Below are positions 1 through 13,194 of a stretch of 64,000 nucleotides of DNA, one piece after another. Source of the DNA: Octopus vulgaris. Taxonomy: Eukaryota. Where the stretch lies: the NCBI GenBank assembly GCA_951406725.2, contig OX597822.1, positions 10,788,001-10,852,000 of the forward strand, read 5' to 3'. Numbering within the stretch: the stretch's first letter is position 1; every line of letters starts with the position of its first letter. The translations under genes were made by a program, and so were the position numbers. Below the pieces are notes generated by a model. That model did not search any database and was not told the origin of the DNA. It was given only the letters and a program-made list of their open reading frames with translations.

Positions 1-257
1 TCCCAGTTTCCTCGGCGTGTAGATTCCCCACCTGCACGGGACGCCGACCCGTCGAAGGTGAGCTGCAGGATGCGAGAGGAAAGAGGGACAAAAAGTTGTG
101 GCGAAAAAGTCAGCAGAAGTTCGCCATTACCTTCTGCCGGAGCCGCGTGGAGCTTAGGTGTCTCGCTCATAAACACACGCATCATCCGGTTTGCGATTCG
201 AACCCGCGATCCCTCGAGCGCGAGTCCGCTGCTCTGACCACTAGGCCATGTACCTCC
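1..257 (-). mobile_element. tRNA-derived SINE (5' head and body, runs off window start)
   Basis: Minus strand reads GGAGGTACATGGCCTAGTGGTCAGAGCAGCGGACTCGCG...GCGGGTTCGAATCGC, with Pol III A box (TGGCCTAGTGG) and B box (GGTTCGAATC), then non-tRNA body. Confidence 0.75.
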
Positions 258-380
258 GTCCTTCAATTATGCATGGTAGAAAAATATCATGTCTGTTTAT
301 AAATCTGTGAAAGTTAGAGCAATGACCATGTTGAGATCGACTTGGACAAATGTAAACGATTGTGTAGAGAATTAACAGTA

Positions 381-853
381 CTACCTAAAAAGAGGTAAAG
401 TACAGACCCAGGCTTGGATAGAATTACCGAATAGAGACTTGATTAAACAAATTGAAACGGAAGGATATAAATATCTTGGTGTATTGGAGCTCAACGAGAT
501 AACAGAAAAGGAAATGAAAGAGCAACAGAGGATGGAGTATTGACTGGAGGGAATAAAATCCAATGCTCCGTGTACTGTCAATATTTTTCTGGTCTTGATA
601 TCCAACTTCTTTCCTTTTGCCATTTTATAATTCCCGCTCCGTACCGAAGTAATGCTATCGCCCACGTATTAGCTATTTTATTCCATCCAGTCAATACTCC
701 ATCCTCGGTTGCTCTTTCATTTCCTTTTCCGTTATCTCGTTGAGCTCCAGTACACCAAGATATTTATATCCTTCCGTTTCAATTTGTTTAATCAAGTGTC
801 TATTCGGTAATTCTATCCAAGCCTGGGTCTGTACTTTACCTCTTTTTAGGTAG
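381..853. repeat. Inverted duplication: 179-bp arms 381-559 and 675-853, 115-bp spacer
   Basis: 381-559 (ctacctaaaaagaggtaaagtacagacc...gaataaaat) is the reverse complement of 675-853 apart from a few substitutions. Confidence 0.95.
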
Positions 854-1343
854 ATTATACCGCACTTCGTGAGTCCAAGTTCCATTCTAATATCGGTACT
901 AATATAGTTTTCCATCCCACCACACTTCTTTTCAGGAAACACAATGCATTCCTCGCAATTCCAAACAGATCTAAGCACTGGATGATCCACGAATGTGGCA
1001 TTATATCATAAACTTCGCGACAGTCAATCCAGGCCATTCCCAGATTTGTTCTCCTTTGTTTACAATCTTGCATTACCATTTTGTCTATCAGAGTTGATAT
1101 TTGGGACATCTGCATATCCTTCTACAGCCTTTTTGTTCCATCGGTAATATATCGTTCTCATCAAGAAATCTATACAGTTCTGCAATTCCTCCTGACAGTA
1201 ACTTGCACATTAATGGAAGAAGGAAATTCGTCTGTAATTACAGCAGCATTTCCCTTTGATACATCCTTCAGGCACAACTCCGTTCGTCCTTTTGTCAACC
1301 AGCCCGGGATTTCTTTTCTTTATTGATCAATGCATTTCTTCTC

Positions 1344-1345
<2 letters not shown>
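560..1345 (-). pseudogene. Degenerate reverse transcriptase fragment of an R4/Dong-like non-LTR retrotransposon
   Basis: Frameshifted peptides LGMAWIDCREVYDIMPHSWI, DIRMELGLTKCG, YKYLGVLE, NTWAIALLRYGAGII, LDIKTRKILTVHGAL; 5' edge abuts (TAA)n. Confidence 0.9.
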
Positions 1346-1422
<77 letters not shown>

Positions 1423-1464
1423 CCATCATCATTATTACTATTATCATCACCACCATCATCATCA

Positions 1465-1507
<43 letters not shown>

Positions 1508-1512
1508 CATCA
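1346..1512. repeat. (ATT)n/(ATC)n microsatellite
   Basis: Direct reading. Confidence 0.95.
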
Positions 1513-1805
1513 TTTTGGGTTGGCTCAGCTTTGGTCGTATTCTTGTAGCATTTATGTGGGTAGCAGGTTACTCCCTGTAACCTTTGGGATCCACATGTTT
1601 TCAGGAGTCTTTCAAGAGCTTAGAACCCACCTGATAGTCCTTGCTGTTTCTAAGAGACAAGCTTTCTGTAGGAGCTCTACCGGATATTCTATTTCAATCT
1701 CTTTCAGCCATTTGTCTATATCTTTGCTGACTGTTGCCAAAGCACCAGTTATTATAGGCACCACCTTTACTGTTCGCATACTGCAAATTTTTCCTATTTT
1801 GCTCC
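1513..1805 (-). mobile_element. 3' end of an R4/Dong-like RLE retrotransposon (C-terminus plus 3' UTR)
   Basis: Minus-strand peptide VKVVPIITGALATVSKDIDKWLKEIEIEYPVELLQKACLLETARTIR, short 3' UTR, then (TAA)n. Confidence 0.85.
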
Positions 1806-2896
1806 ATTATTACCATTATTGAAAGGTGATCTTTGGCGAAATATTGCAGGATTATTAAACGATTAATGTAAGATAATACAATGTCGTTTCTCATTGTTTC
1901 CATCTATTGACATAATCTTATATATTTTACCTGACTTTTCATATGCATTGCTCAAAGCTTTTCTCAAATATTCTGAGTGTTTTGTAATTAAGTGTCAGTG
2001 TGTATGAGAGATGATAAGAAAGTATTCAAACTATCCTGGATAACTTACATAAAACAACATATTGTTTACTTTCAGCCCTCTTTCGTTACTGTGGTTTTAT
2101 GAAGATTATTGAGATCATCAGATCATTTCATCGGTCGGTTTTAACATCGGCATTTTCTCATCATAGCTATTGAGAGTGTTATTTCAATAACTACAGGGTT
2201 GTACATCAGAACGATTACAATAATAAGAGTGAAAGGTGTTCACAGCATCATCCTATAATATGCGTCAAGAACACGTACACAAAACAACCAATATTATGTT
2301 GCATATGCCGCTATTTTCTTTCCATCGTGTCGTCTGCCTATATGTCAGCCATCTTCAGGTACAACACCGACATTTCGGACACCGATGGTCAAGAGCCTCT
2401 TAAAATACGCCTGACTAATTTCCTAGTTTGTGTTAATTTATAAGTTGGTATCATTTATACCAATTCATAGGTATCTGTATTTCATTTAATGATTTAATCA
2501 TATTTAGTATTTAGAGCGTGACCACAACTGGTTCGGAAGGGCTTTGGAACCAAGGATTCTGGAAAATCGATGTTTAACTGTACAAATATTTGGGGAGAAG
2601 GGCTAAGAAACAATAACAATGAAAAATATAAATTAAGATATAAAAGATCGATGAACAGAATTGATCGATACATTATGTATCAATATATCGAAGAAAATGT
2701 TATATAAATAGATTGATAGAAGCGTAATGTTTTTAAATTGAAAGTGGCTTTTGTTTGTTTCTTTGAAACAGGACTGAAAATTCACAAGAGAAACTAAAAG
2801 CTGATGATAGTAATGGAAAAGATGGCAGGAAATGAAAGAGTATTAGAGAAGGCGAGTATGAGGTTTGAGCAAGAAGTTTGTCTGAAGAATATTATA

Positions 2897-3260
2897 GGCG
2901 CAGGAGTGGTAAGTAGCTTGCTAACCAACCACATGGTTCCGGGTTCAGTCCCACTTCGTGGCATCTTGGGCAAGTGTCTTCTACTATAGCCCCGTGCCGA
3001 CCAATGCCTTGTGAGTGGATTTGGTAGACGGAAACTAAAAGAAGCCCGTCGTATGTATGTATGTATATATATATGTATGTGTGTGTGTTTGTGTGTCTGT
3101 TTGTCCCCCTAGCATTGCTTGACAATAGAATAAGACCGATAGAATAAGTACTAAGCTTACAAAGAATAAGTCCTGGGGTCGATTTACTCGATTAAAGGCG
3201 GTGCTCCAGCATGGCCGCAGTCAAATGACTGAAACAAGTAAAAGAGTAAAAGAGTAAGAG
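2897..3260 (+). mobile_element. tRNA-derived SINE family A (internally deleted copy)
   Basis: GGCGCAGGAGTGG...GGTTCCGGGTTCAGTCCC head, internal TA/TG microsatellite, tail GCATGGCCGCAGTCAAATGACTGAAACAAGTAAAAGAG; matches copies at 18275, 42858 and 59654. Confidence 0.9.
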
Positions 3261-3308
3261 TATGTACATTCATGCGTTTATATACACATGCACCTACCAC
3301 AAAGACAC

Positions 3309-3310
<2 letters not shown>

Positions 3311-3339
<29 letters not shown>

Positions 3340-3967
3340 TGTATGTATGTATGTATGTATGTATATTACGCATATACTGAAAGAGTACGCACAAAAGCAC
3401 ACATGTATGCATGTATGTATGTATGTATGTATGCATGTATGTATGTATGCATGTATGTATGTATGTATGTATGTATGTATGTATGTATGTATGTATGTAT
3501 GTATGTATGTATGTATGTATGTATGTATGTATGTATGTATGTATGTATGTATGTATGTATGTATGTATGTATGTATGTATGTATGTATGTATGTATGTAT
3601 GTATGTATGTATGTATGTATGTATGTATGTATGTATGTATGTATGTATGTATGTATGTATGTATGTATGTATGTATGTATGTATGTATGTATGTATGTAT
3701 GTATGTATGTATGTATGTATGTATGTATGTATGTATGTATGTATGTATGTATGTATGTATGTATGTATGTATGTATGTATGTATGTATGTATGTATGTAT
3801 GTATGTATGTATGTATGTATGTATGTATGTATGTATGTATGTATGTATGTATGTATGTATGTATGTATGTATGTATGTATGTATGTATGTATGTATGTAT
3901 GTATGTATGTATGTATGTATGTATGTATGTATGTATGTATGTATGTATGTATGTATGTATGTATATA

Positions 3968-4003
<36 letters not shown>

Positions 4004-4322
4004 TGTATGTATGTATGTATGTATGTATGTATGTATGTATGCATGCATGTATGTATGTATGTATGTATGTATGTATGTATGTATGTGTATGTGTATGTAT
4101 GTATGTATGTATGTATGTATGTATGTATGTATGTATGTATGTATGTATGTATGTATGTATGTATGTATGTATGTATGTATGTATGTATGTATGTATGTAT
4201 GTATTTATGTATGTATGTATGTATTACGCATATACTGAAAGTATGTACGCATGTATATATGTATGTATGTATGTATGTATGTAAAGTATATACTGAAAGA
4301 GTGCGCACAAAAGCACACATGC
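3311..4322. repeat. (ATGT)n tetranucleotide array of about 1 kb with a repeated embedded motif
   Basis: Direct reading; motif TATACTGAAAG(AGTRCGCACAAAAGCACACATG) recurs near 3372, 4231 and 4289. Confidence 0.95.
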
Positions 4323-5368
4323 ACACACGTCTGTAGATATACGCTTTAATTTTCTTCAGTTGACAAACGTATCTCAAAGACTGAGAGTTTCGTGCGTATC
4401 TCTTACAAAATATAAAGAGTTTGATAAATGCTACACACAAAATTCTCTTACTCTCCCCCCCTATCTCTCTCTCTCTCTCTCTCTCAGTTCGTCTATCTGT
4501 TTGCTTGTGTGTATGTGTGTGTATGCGTTTGTGTATTTGTCTGTGTCTTAGTGAATACATAGTTATATACATTATTCATATCGATCAATATGTGTGTGTT
4601 TGAAGAGAAAGCATGCATGAGGGTTTGAAAATATATATGCACACTCATACCCACATGTTTGTATACACACACGGCTATACATACATATACTTATACATAT
4701 ATATACACGTATATATGCATGCATATATAGAGACTTTCAAATATACACACAAACCCCCCCCACACACACACACACACACATAAACATTTGTACGCATATA
4801 CATAGATGTGTGTCCGCGTGTTTGTTTAGGGTGTGTAACTATATGTGTCAATGTACTTCGAAAGTGTTTATATATATATATATATATATATACATATCAA
4901 TGTTTGTATGCATATGTGTATACTTGCGAGTGTTTGTGTGAGTGTGTGTATGTGTGTGTATGTGTAAGTGTGAGCATGAGTGTGTGTGTGTGTGTAGATG
5001 TGCGAGGTGATTCTTGTGTGACAGATGAAAGGTGCTTTGGTCAGAGTAAGTTGCCTCTATGTTTAAACAGAAACAACATCTTTTAGAGAAGTTAATTTAG
5101 AGCTGTGTGATGTGGTGGCATAGATGGGGCTTATGTCTGCATAATTTCCTATCTTAAGACTATTTACATTCCTTACAGAAACACACACACACATCCACAC
5201 ACACACACACACATATACATACTCACAAAGTATCACATTGCCACCACAAATGTTCACACACACATACACGCATCACAAAATTGCTATAACTTCCTCCAAT
5301 CTCGGACTCTTTGTTCCGCCTACCATTTCCTCTTTCCCGTTCTCTGTCTCTTTCTCTGCACAATCTAC

Positions 5369-5418
<50 letters not shown>

Positions 5419-5540
5419 CCGGCCCTTTTTCCTTACACACACACATACATATATTCGTAGTCTATCAATCTATCCATCAATCTACTATCTATCTCTGTCT
5501 CTGTCTGCTTCTCTCTCTTTCTCTCTCTCCCTTTATACTT

Positions 5541-5591
<51 letters not shown>

Positions 5592-6226
5592 CACATCTGT
5601 CCCTATGTCTGTCTGTATGCCTTGTTGTATTTGTCCCTTTGAGTGACTCTTCATCCTCATTTTCTTCATCTTTTTTTATTTGCATAACTCTTCTCCTCTT
5701 CCGCCTTCTCACACAGCTTGCATCTACACATGTGTGTGCGTTTGTGTGTGTGTGCGCGCGTGTGTGCGCGCGCGCGTGTGTTATGTTTGCCATCTTTGTA
5801 CCAATCTTTGTTCAGTGTATATCTGTACCTCACTCTTTCTGTCTTCCTAATATCTTTCCTCTCTCTCTCTCTCTCGCCCACGTTCTTCTTTTCTCTTACT
5901 TCTATCTACCGTCTTTCAGTTTGACTGTCTGTCAACCTGCCCCCTCTCTCTCACTCTCACACACACACACACACACACTCTCTCTCTCTCTTTCACTCCT
6001 TTTCTGTCGTTCTCCTCTGCTCTATCTCTCCTTTCGCCATACTCTCCTTTATATTTATCTCTCACTCCCTGTCCCTTAATTCACACCTCTTTCATTTTCT
6101 CTCCCTTTGTGTCTCTCCGTTCTCATGGACTATTCTTTTGCTTTTCCCCTCATTCTTGTTTCTTCGCCTTATGTCTTTCTCTTACTCTTTCTTCCTTTTT
6201 TTCCAAGTTTTTTTGTTTATTCTTTA

Positions 6227-6512
6227 CTAGCAGTATCGCCCGGCGTTGCTCGGGTTTGTAAGGGAATTAACCATATAAGCATTTTTAGAGAGTTATAGCC
6301 AAAAAATAGCAAAAAAATGCACTAAAAATGGAAAAGAAATTATGGTAATTTTTTTTTTAAATCGTAGACGCGCGCTAATACCCAGAAGGGCTCGATATGA
6401 ATCACGACTATAAGATACCCGCTTTTGGTTAAACTGCACCACAAAATGTGGGAGTAGTTAGGAATCTAAATCGTAGGAGACAGACACACAACTTGACTTT
6501 TATATATAAAGA
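6227..6512 (-). mobile_element. Non-autonomous Helitron
   Basis: Minus strand starts TC (TCTTTATATATAAAAG), ends CTAG after the hairpin CCCGAGCAACGCCGGG, inserted between A and T with no TSD; homologous to 17257-17651. Confidence 0.9.
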
Positions 6513-7344
6513 TTTATTTTCGTTCTTCCTCTTCATCTGTTCCTTACCTCTTCTACACCGGATGACTATTTCCATATAATTCTTTCTATATCTCTTTATA
6601 TAGGCTCAGTAATGTTAACTTTAAAATAATCATTTTCAAGTAAGTTTAAGAATATCAATAGAGCATTTACTTATGAGGAGACTCAATAGTGAAAGCCGAA
6701 TCAAATTTATTGTTACATCCGTTTCGACTGAGTCTTCAAGTTTTGCTTGTCAGGTGAAAACGAATGTTTACTGACTAAATCTACTATAAATGTTATTCCT
6801 ATATATCTATCACATCTCTGCTCTACACTTTTATATTCTTCCTCGTAGAACTCACATTCCGTTTTGTTCTCCACAAAGAGGTGCAAACACACACGCGAGT
6901 ATGTCTACAAAATTGTAGAGAATATACTTAATAAATATATATTTAGTTTCACTGCAATATATAAAGTGAGATAACGTCTAGATAACATGTCACTAATAGA
7001 GGGGAAACTAGTTGAGCGGTTCTCACCTTTAGTTACAGAAACTTCTGCGCTTTGTTTTAGTTTTGGGGTTTATTAAGTAACTTAGACACAAACTTGCTAC
7101 TTGTGTTACTAATACTTTTCAGAAAGGAATTCCTAATAGAATTATCTATAATTTTACTTAACTGGTTTGAAGCATTAGTCTGCGGGTATGTAGTGCTACA
7201 ACTTTCTGAAGTTACAAATCGACATCAGTTCTCAGTTTTAATGTTTTATTCTTTATTTTTATCGGTCTCATTTATACCGAACCGCTACCTTTTAGGAAAT
7301 TAAACAAAGTAACACCGATTGTGAGGCTATTCAACCACGTGTAC

Positions 7345-7505
7345 ATGCGATGGAATTCTACAGAATCTTTGTCTACCAACTTCGCTCAAGAGGTATAGAT
7401 TGGCCTCAAGTTATACTAGAAGACATTTTCAGGAATAATCCATGAAATGTGACAGAACCTGTGACCGCGTGGATTCGATGCGAACGTCTTAATGACATAG
7501 CCACG
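7345..7505 (-). mobile_element. Old degenerate SINE family A head
   Basis: Diverged reverse complement of the family A head (…tctaccaac…agaagaca…agaacc…atagccacg). Confidence 0.5.
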
Positions 7506-8730
7506 GTTATAACTTTATTTAAATGTGTAAGCAATGAAAAATGAAATCACATTTTGTTAGGCAATAACGATTAGATAAGAAAATATAGTATTTACAAAAT
7601 GAATATGATAGAGAAATGGCCAAGAAAATGAGGTCAACGATGACAGGTGGTGATGACAGCGAGGAGGCGGCGAGGACAAAGGAGAGAAAGCAGATTAGAT
7701 AGTGGAAGAGGAACAATGGTGGCGATGGCAACAGAGGTATAGATAAAGATGTTATTTGTGTTGGTTTTGATGATGACAACGAGAAGGAAGATGTTACATC
7801 CAAAAGAAAGAATAGTCGGAAAGAAATACTGGAAACTATGCGTACAAAACACTTATACCAAGATTCGTCATTCTTTAAACAATATCAAAGATGTGTTTTA
7901 AAGTAGTTGGTTCTTCTGTCTCGTAGATTCCGAGTTCGATATCACTGTGCATCAACACTTAATTTCTGTACTCGTAAAGAGATGTCTGTAGAAATGGTGC
8001 TGTGGATATTTGTTATAACTTTAAAGTTTTCTGAAGTGGCTTTTAATCCAAAGCTGATGGAGATTCTACCAACATAGGTGAGTAATCTAAGAAATACTTC
8101 CTAACTTTTTACCAGCCTATTGATGAAATGTGTCGTTCCTTTGTCTAGATTTATCCGTACTTCACTATTTCTACAAATATGCTGCAGACTTCTATTGAGT
8201 TTTCTGTATTATAGAAACCCTATCGCAGAATTAACCCCTTCTTGCATCATTAGACAGTCATCCGCAATGGAAATTTCCTGTGCCTCAACGCAAGGAAATC
8301 CTATAATATATGTATCTGTTTGTTTGCGTATACATACATACATATATATATGTCTGTGTGTGTGTGTGTGTGTGCGTGTGTAAGTGTGTATATGTTTATA
8401 TGTGTATGTACATGTGTGTCTGTGTGTGTATATAGATGCATGTATGTGTTTGTGAGAGTGTGCATGTGAGTGTGAGTGTGTGCACGTGCGCGTGTGTGTA
8501 TCTGTAAATATATATATGTAAACCGAATGATCATTTCGCGATTCATGTTTTACGCCTCTGCGATCTTTAGATATACACAATAGCTATTTAAGGGCCTCAG
8601 CACACGACAACGTATAAACTAATACATATGTATTGGAACACCATTAAGAATATATCATTTATAAACGGTGACCCATAATGACATCTGCGATCAGTGTATG
8701 ATTTGAGTTATATTGGTGCTCGTACAGTTT

Positions 8731-9260
<530 letters not shown>

Positions 9261-9475
9261 CTTTATGCATATATGTATACAGGCGCACATGATCAAATGT
9301 GCATTTGCATACACAGTACGCGCATACCGCAAGAAAAAAACTCTCACGCAAAAGATATATATTCCTGTATATAAATACAAATATGCATATATACACGCAT
9401 ACTTACGTACAAGCATGCATACATGCAGATACACAAATATACACACATATGTATAATGAGTATGATTAAGATAGG

Positions 9476-9554
<79 letters not shown>

Positions 9555-9771
9555 GGTAATTTATCCGTCCATGTGTGAACGTGAACGTTCTCTGTGTGGT
9601 ATAAAATTTGAATAAATGTTTGGACTTCATGCACACATGTTTGTATATGTGTATACATATACACAGAATGCACAACGCCTGGCCCCAACCAGCCATGCAT
9701 ACAAAAACTCTCACAGACCTTTCCCTAAATGCATATGTGTATATGAGTGCGCAAACATATATATGTTTGTA

Positions 9772-9813
<42 letters not shown>

Positions 9814-10212
9814 CACGGATGCATGCGGTGTGTGTGAGTGTCGTTTTGTTTATTAGAATATGGCTGCCTGTTCAGGTGTTTGCTAATGCGAACCTATCAG
9901 ATGGAAGCTCTCTAGATGGAAGCGTATCTAATGGCAAATCAATTGACTGCTAGCAAGATGGAGAGATAAATAATTGAATTAAAATGTGGTCAGCTGACTA
10001 AATTAATTCCCCATTACTACGAAAGTTGCTGTGAATGGTCAACAAGAAACAGCAAAGCGCAGCGTATTACTAATTACCTTATTAATCCCGTTCTTGTCAT
10101 AATCAACTTCGCCTCATGCAATACTCACCTTTTGTCGAGCTTTGCCAAGGTTTACTGCTTGCTTGCTTTCATTCATTTTCCTTTCGTCTTGTTCTGTAAA
10201 CTGCTGCTGCTG

Positions 10213-10279
<67 letters not shown>

Positions 10280-10407
10280 CACGAACAATAATAATAACAG
10301 CAATAATAGCATTAACAATAATAGCAACAGCATCAACAACACTAGTGGTGATGATGATGATGATGATGATGATAATAATAGTAATAATAATAATAATAAT
10401 AATAATA

Positions 10408-10554
10408 TTGATATGAGATCACCATGTCGCTCACATATGGTTGTGATGCATGTGCCTGGTGTACCCTTATCAGACGGGTAGCCACGATGGGTATACTGGG
10501 CTTCGTATATTTTACCCTAGTGTCACTTTGATGGCATGCACTGCTCTCTCACTC
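10408..10554 (+). mobile_element. Non-coding TAA-embedded element, strongly 5'-truncated copy
   Basis: Matches the 3' 147 bp of 19758-20313; (TAA)n on both sides. Confidence 0.85.
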
Positions 10555-10613
<59 letters not shown>

Positions 10614-10635
10614 TAATAATAATAATAATGATAAT

Positions 10636-11290
10636 CGCTACACCGATCTTTGGACACGAACTAGGGGGTGGGGTCAACCTTAGGAATGAGCAAGTGTCTC
10701 CACTGTGCCGCATCTGCAACAGAGTGGATGAAGCCATTGCCCATTGCACGAACCAATGCCCCAGTCTTGCCCAAGACCACTACAAATTGTTGCGACACGA
10801 ACAGGCAGTGAAAGTGCTACATTGGAAACTGTGCGAAAAGCGGAGCCTCGAGAGAGGCAAGAGATATGAGGACAAACCGCAGAGAGTGACGGAGTCGGAG
10901 ACTAGCAAAATCCTCAGGCGTTTCCCAATCCAAACAGATTAGGTACTAGTGCATTACTGAGAAGGAAGGCGAAAAGATAGGTAGATACATACAATCCTTT
11001 TAAGTACCAAATAGCCCGGCTATGGAAAATGAAGTAGGTGAAGATAGTGCCAATTATCACTGGGTCCTTGGGCACAGTACCAGAAGGCCTGAAAGGGAAT
11101 ATAAAGGAGATTTGAATATAGTGCCCAGTAGAACTGTTACAAAAGTTTTACCTTCTTGACACGGCCAGAATAATCAGGAAATTATTAGATAGTTGAAAAA
11201 GCAGATTGCATGGTACCGTACGCAGCAGCAGCAAGCCACCTATGCATGCAAAACTCTATGAGGTACAACAAAACCTGAGATAAAAGGAAG
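10636..11290 (+). mobile_element. R4/Dong-like RLE retrotransposon 3' fragment (CCHC knuckle plus degraded RLE)
   Basis: CRICNRVDEAIAHCTNQCPSLAQDHYKLLRHEQAVKVLHWKLC, later VPIITGSLGTVP and LLDTARIIRK; flanked by (TAA)n. Confidence 0.88.
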
Positions 11291-11311
11291 TAATAATAAT
11301 AATAATAATAA

Positions 11312-11436
<125 letters not shown>

Positions 11437-13194
11437 GGTGGTTTTGGTCAATAAACCTCATCCCCTATGTCGCGTGAGATTCGATCCAGAATATTAAATT
11501 ATTAAATGCTACGATTTCAAAAAATTTCCTAGTCAGATATTTAAGTAATTTAAAATGGGCGTGATAGAGCACACCCCACTCACCATAGTAGGTATATTTA
11601 TATATGTATGATGTGCGTGTATATATGTGTGGGTGTATGTATTTCTGTATGTGTGCGTGTGTGTGTGTGTGTAGGTGTGTGCTTAAATTTTTTCTCGGTA
11701 GCAAATTTCATTGAAAGATAAAGACTGTAAAGGCCACAGATGTGCTTTAGGTTAGAAAGGATGAGAAGCGAAGGGCGATTAAAAGATTAAGATAGAAACT
11801 GTTTCATTTTTAGCTTAAATGATACAAAATCTTTATCAGATTTGGATGCAGGTTCAAAAGTTTAGCAGTTTACAGAGAAAAAACATAATAAATAATAATA
11901 AAAAATTCAGGAAGTGAGAGCAAATAGGAAATGGAAGTGTGCTGGTTTTTCAGCATATGAAGAATAAAGAAATGGAAGGGATAAAATTTCAAGGAAATTG
12001 CCATCTATTATTGCTTAATATAGTTTTTTGATGTGTTTAAACATTGTGCAGAAGAGGAAACTATTATACTTTGGTCCGTACTTGCTTCCAGTCATTTGAT
12101 AGTCTGGAGTGAACCATCACGTGTGGTACTATTCCAGCACAGGAAACCGCACATATAGGGTACTAACAACGTAAGACAGTGGATGACCAGTAACATGCAC
12201 GAAATCTACTGAGATGAGCTCTGTGTCAAAGAATTGTTAACGCTGGTTCATCGACTTCACGCTGTAAGGACGACCTTCATTAAAATGACTCAATCTGAAA
12301 ATAAAATGCCAAATTTAAAATTCAATATTATTCTTTTCAATGAAGAATTTTTCCTTTTGTGTTAGAAGCCGAGAAAATATACTCTTTTAATGATTTGAAA
12401 AGCAAAATGTTGAACAAGATGGAAATTATTCATCCTCAGAGCAGGTCTTTAATCCTGTATGACCCCATTTAATTCTATGCCTGTTCAAAGTATTTTCATA
12501 GGTTTTTTCTACACGTACACGCTTTCATCTCGGACGTTTTATTAGTCCATTCTCAGTTATATAAAGCATTTTTTAAAGTCCCAAGATACTATTGTGGCTT
12601 AATCGGGAATCTTTATCATATATGAAGCTGGAACGTAGAGGAAAATATCCTGTGTATCATATGTAAAATCTTAATCCAGAAGTGCTTAGATGTTCAACGT
12701 AACAAAAATTATATTAGAATAATATGCACTAACTCAGGATCAACAAAACAATTCACAATGAGCGTTTATCATACTATAGATCATCTGTAGCTCAATCGGT
12801 TGTGTGCTTATAATCTTATCATTTGGTCTATTACTCTTTTCTATTTCAAATTGATTTTGCAATGTTTAATACTAAAAGAATTTTATAGTAAAGTTAGAAA
12901 TATTTTTGCCTTCTTCAAAATCCAGATATATGCAAAGCCTTCATGAATTCTTGTATATATTTTTATGACACTTATCCTTTATAGAGGCAGAATTTTCAAA
13001 TGTTTAAGAAGTTAGGTGACATAATTTTTAATCATGTTTCCGATGATGGCTGTGGCCATGCTTGGACACCACTTTTGGTATGATTGATGATTTATTTCAA
13101 TTCACTTCAACTGGAGTGCACACTGATTGATTTTGCTTGAACAATGCGATATTTATTTACGTTTCTTGTGTGATGTGGTATCAACTACTATAAC

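Noticed and set aside
185-257. tRNA gene
   Set aside because: A and B boxes are present but no complete acceptor stem or terminator; continues into a SINE-like body
2320-2360. Minus-strand CTGAAGA-TGGCTG...TAGGCA hammerhead candidate
   Set aside because: No GAAA after the stem; too degenerate to call
3184-4572. 462-aa ORF and the many other long ORFs (YIHT, CMYV, poly-I/L/Y/V/T)
   Set aside because: Translations of microsatellites that lack stop codons; no domain content
7990-8085. Candidate exon ending AG|GTGAGT
   Set aside because: Stop codons in all frames before the donor; no supporting homology
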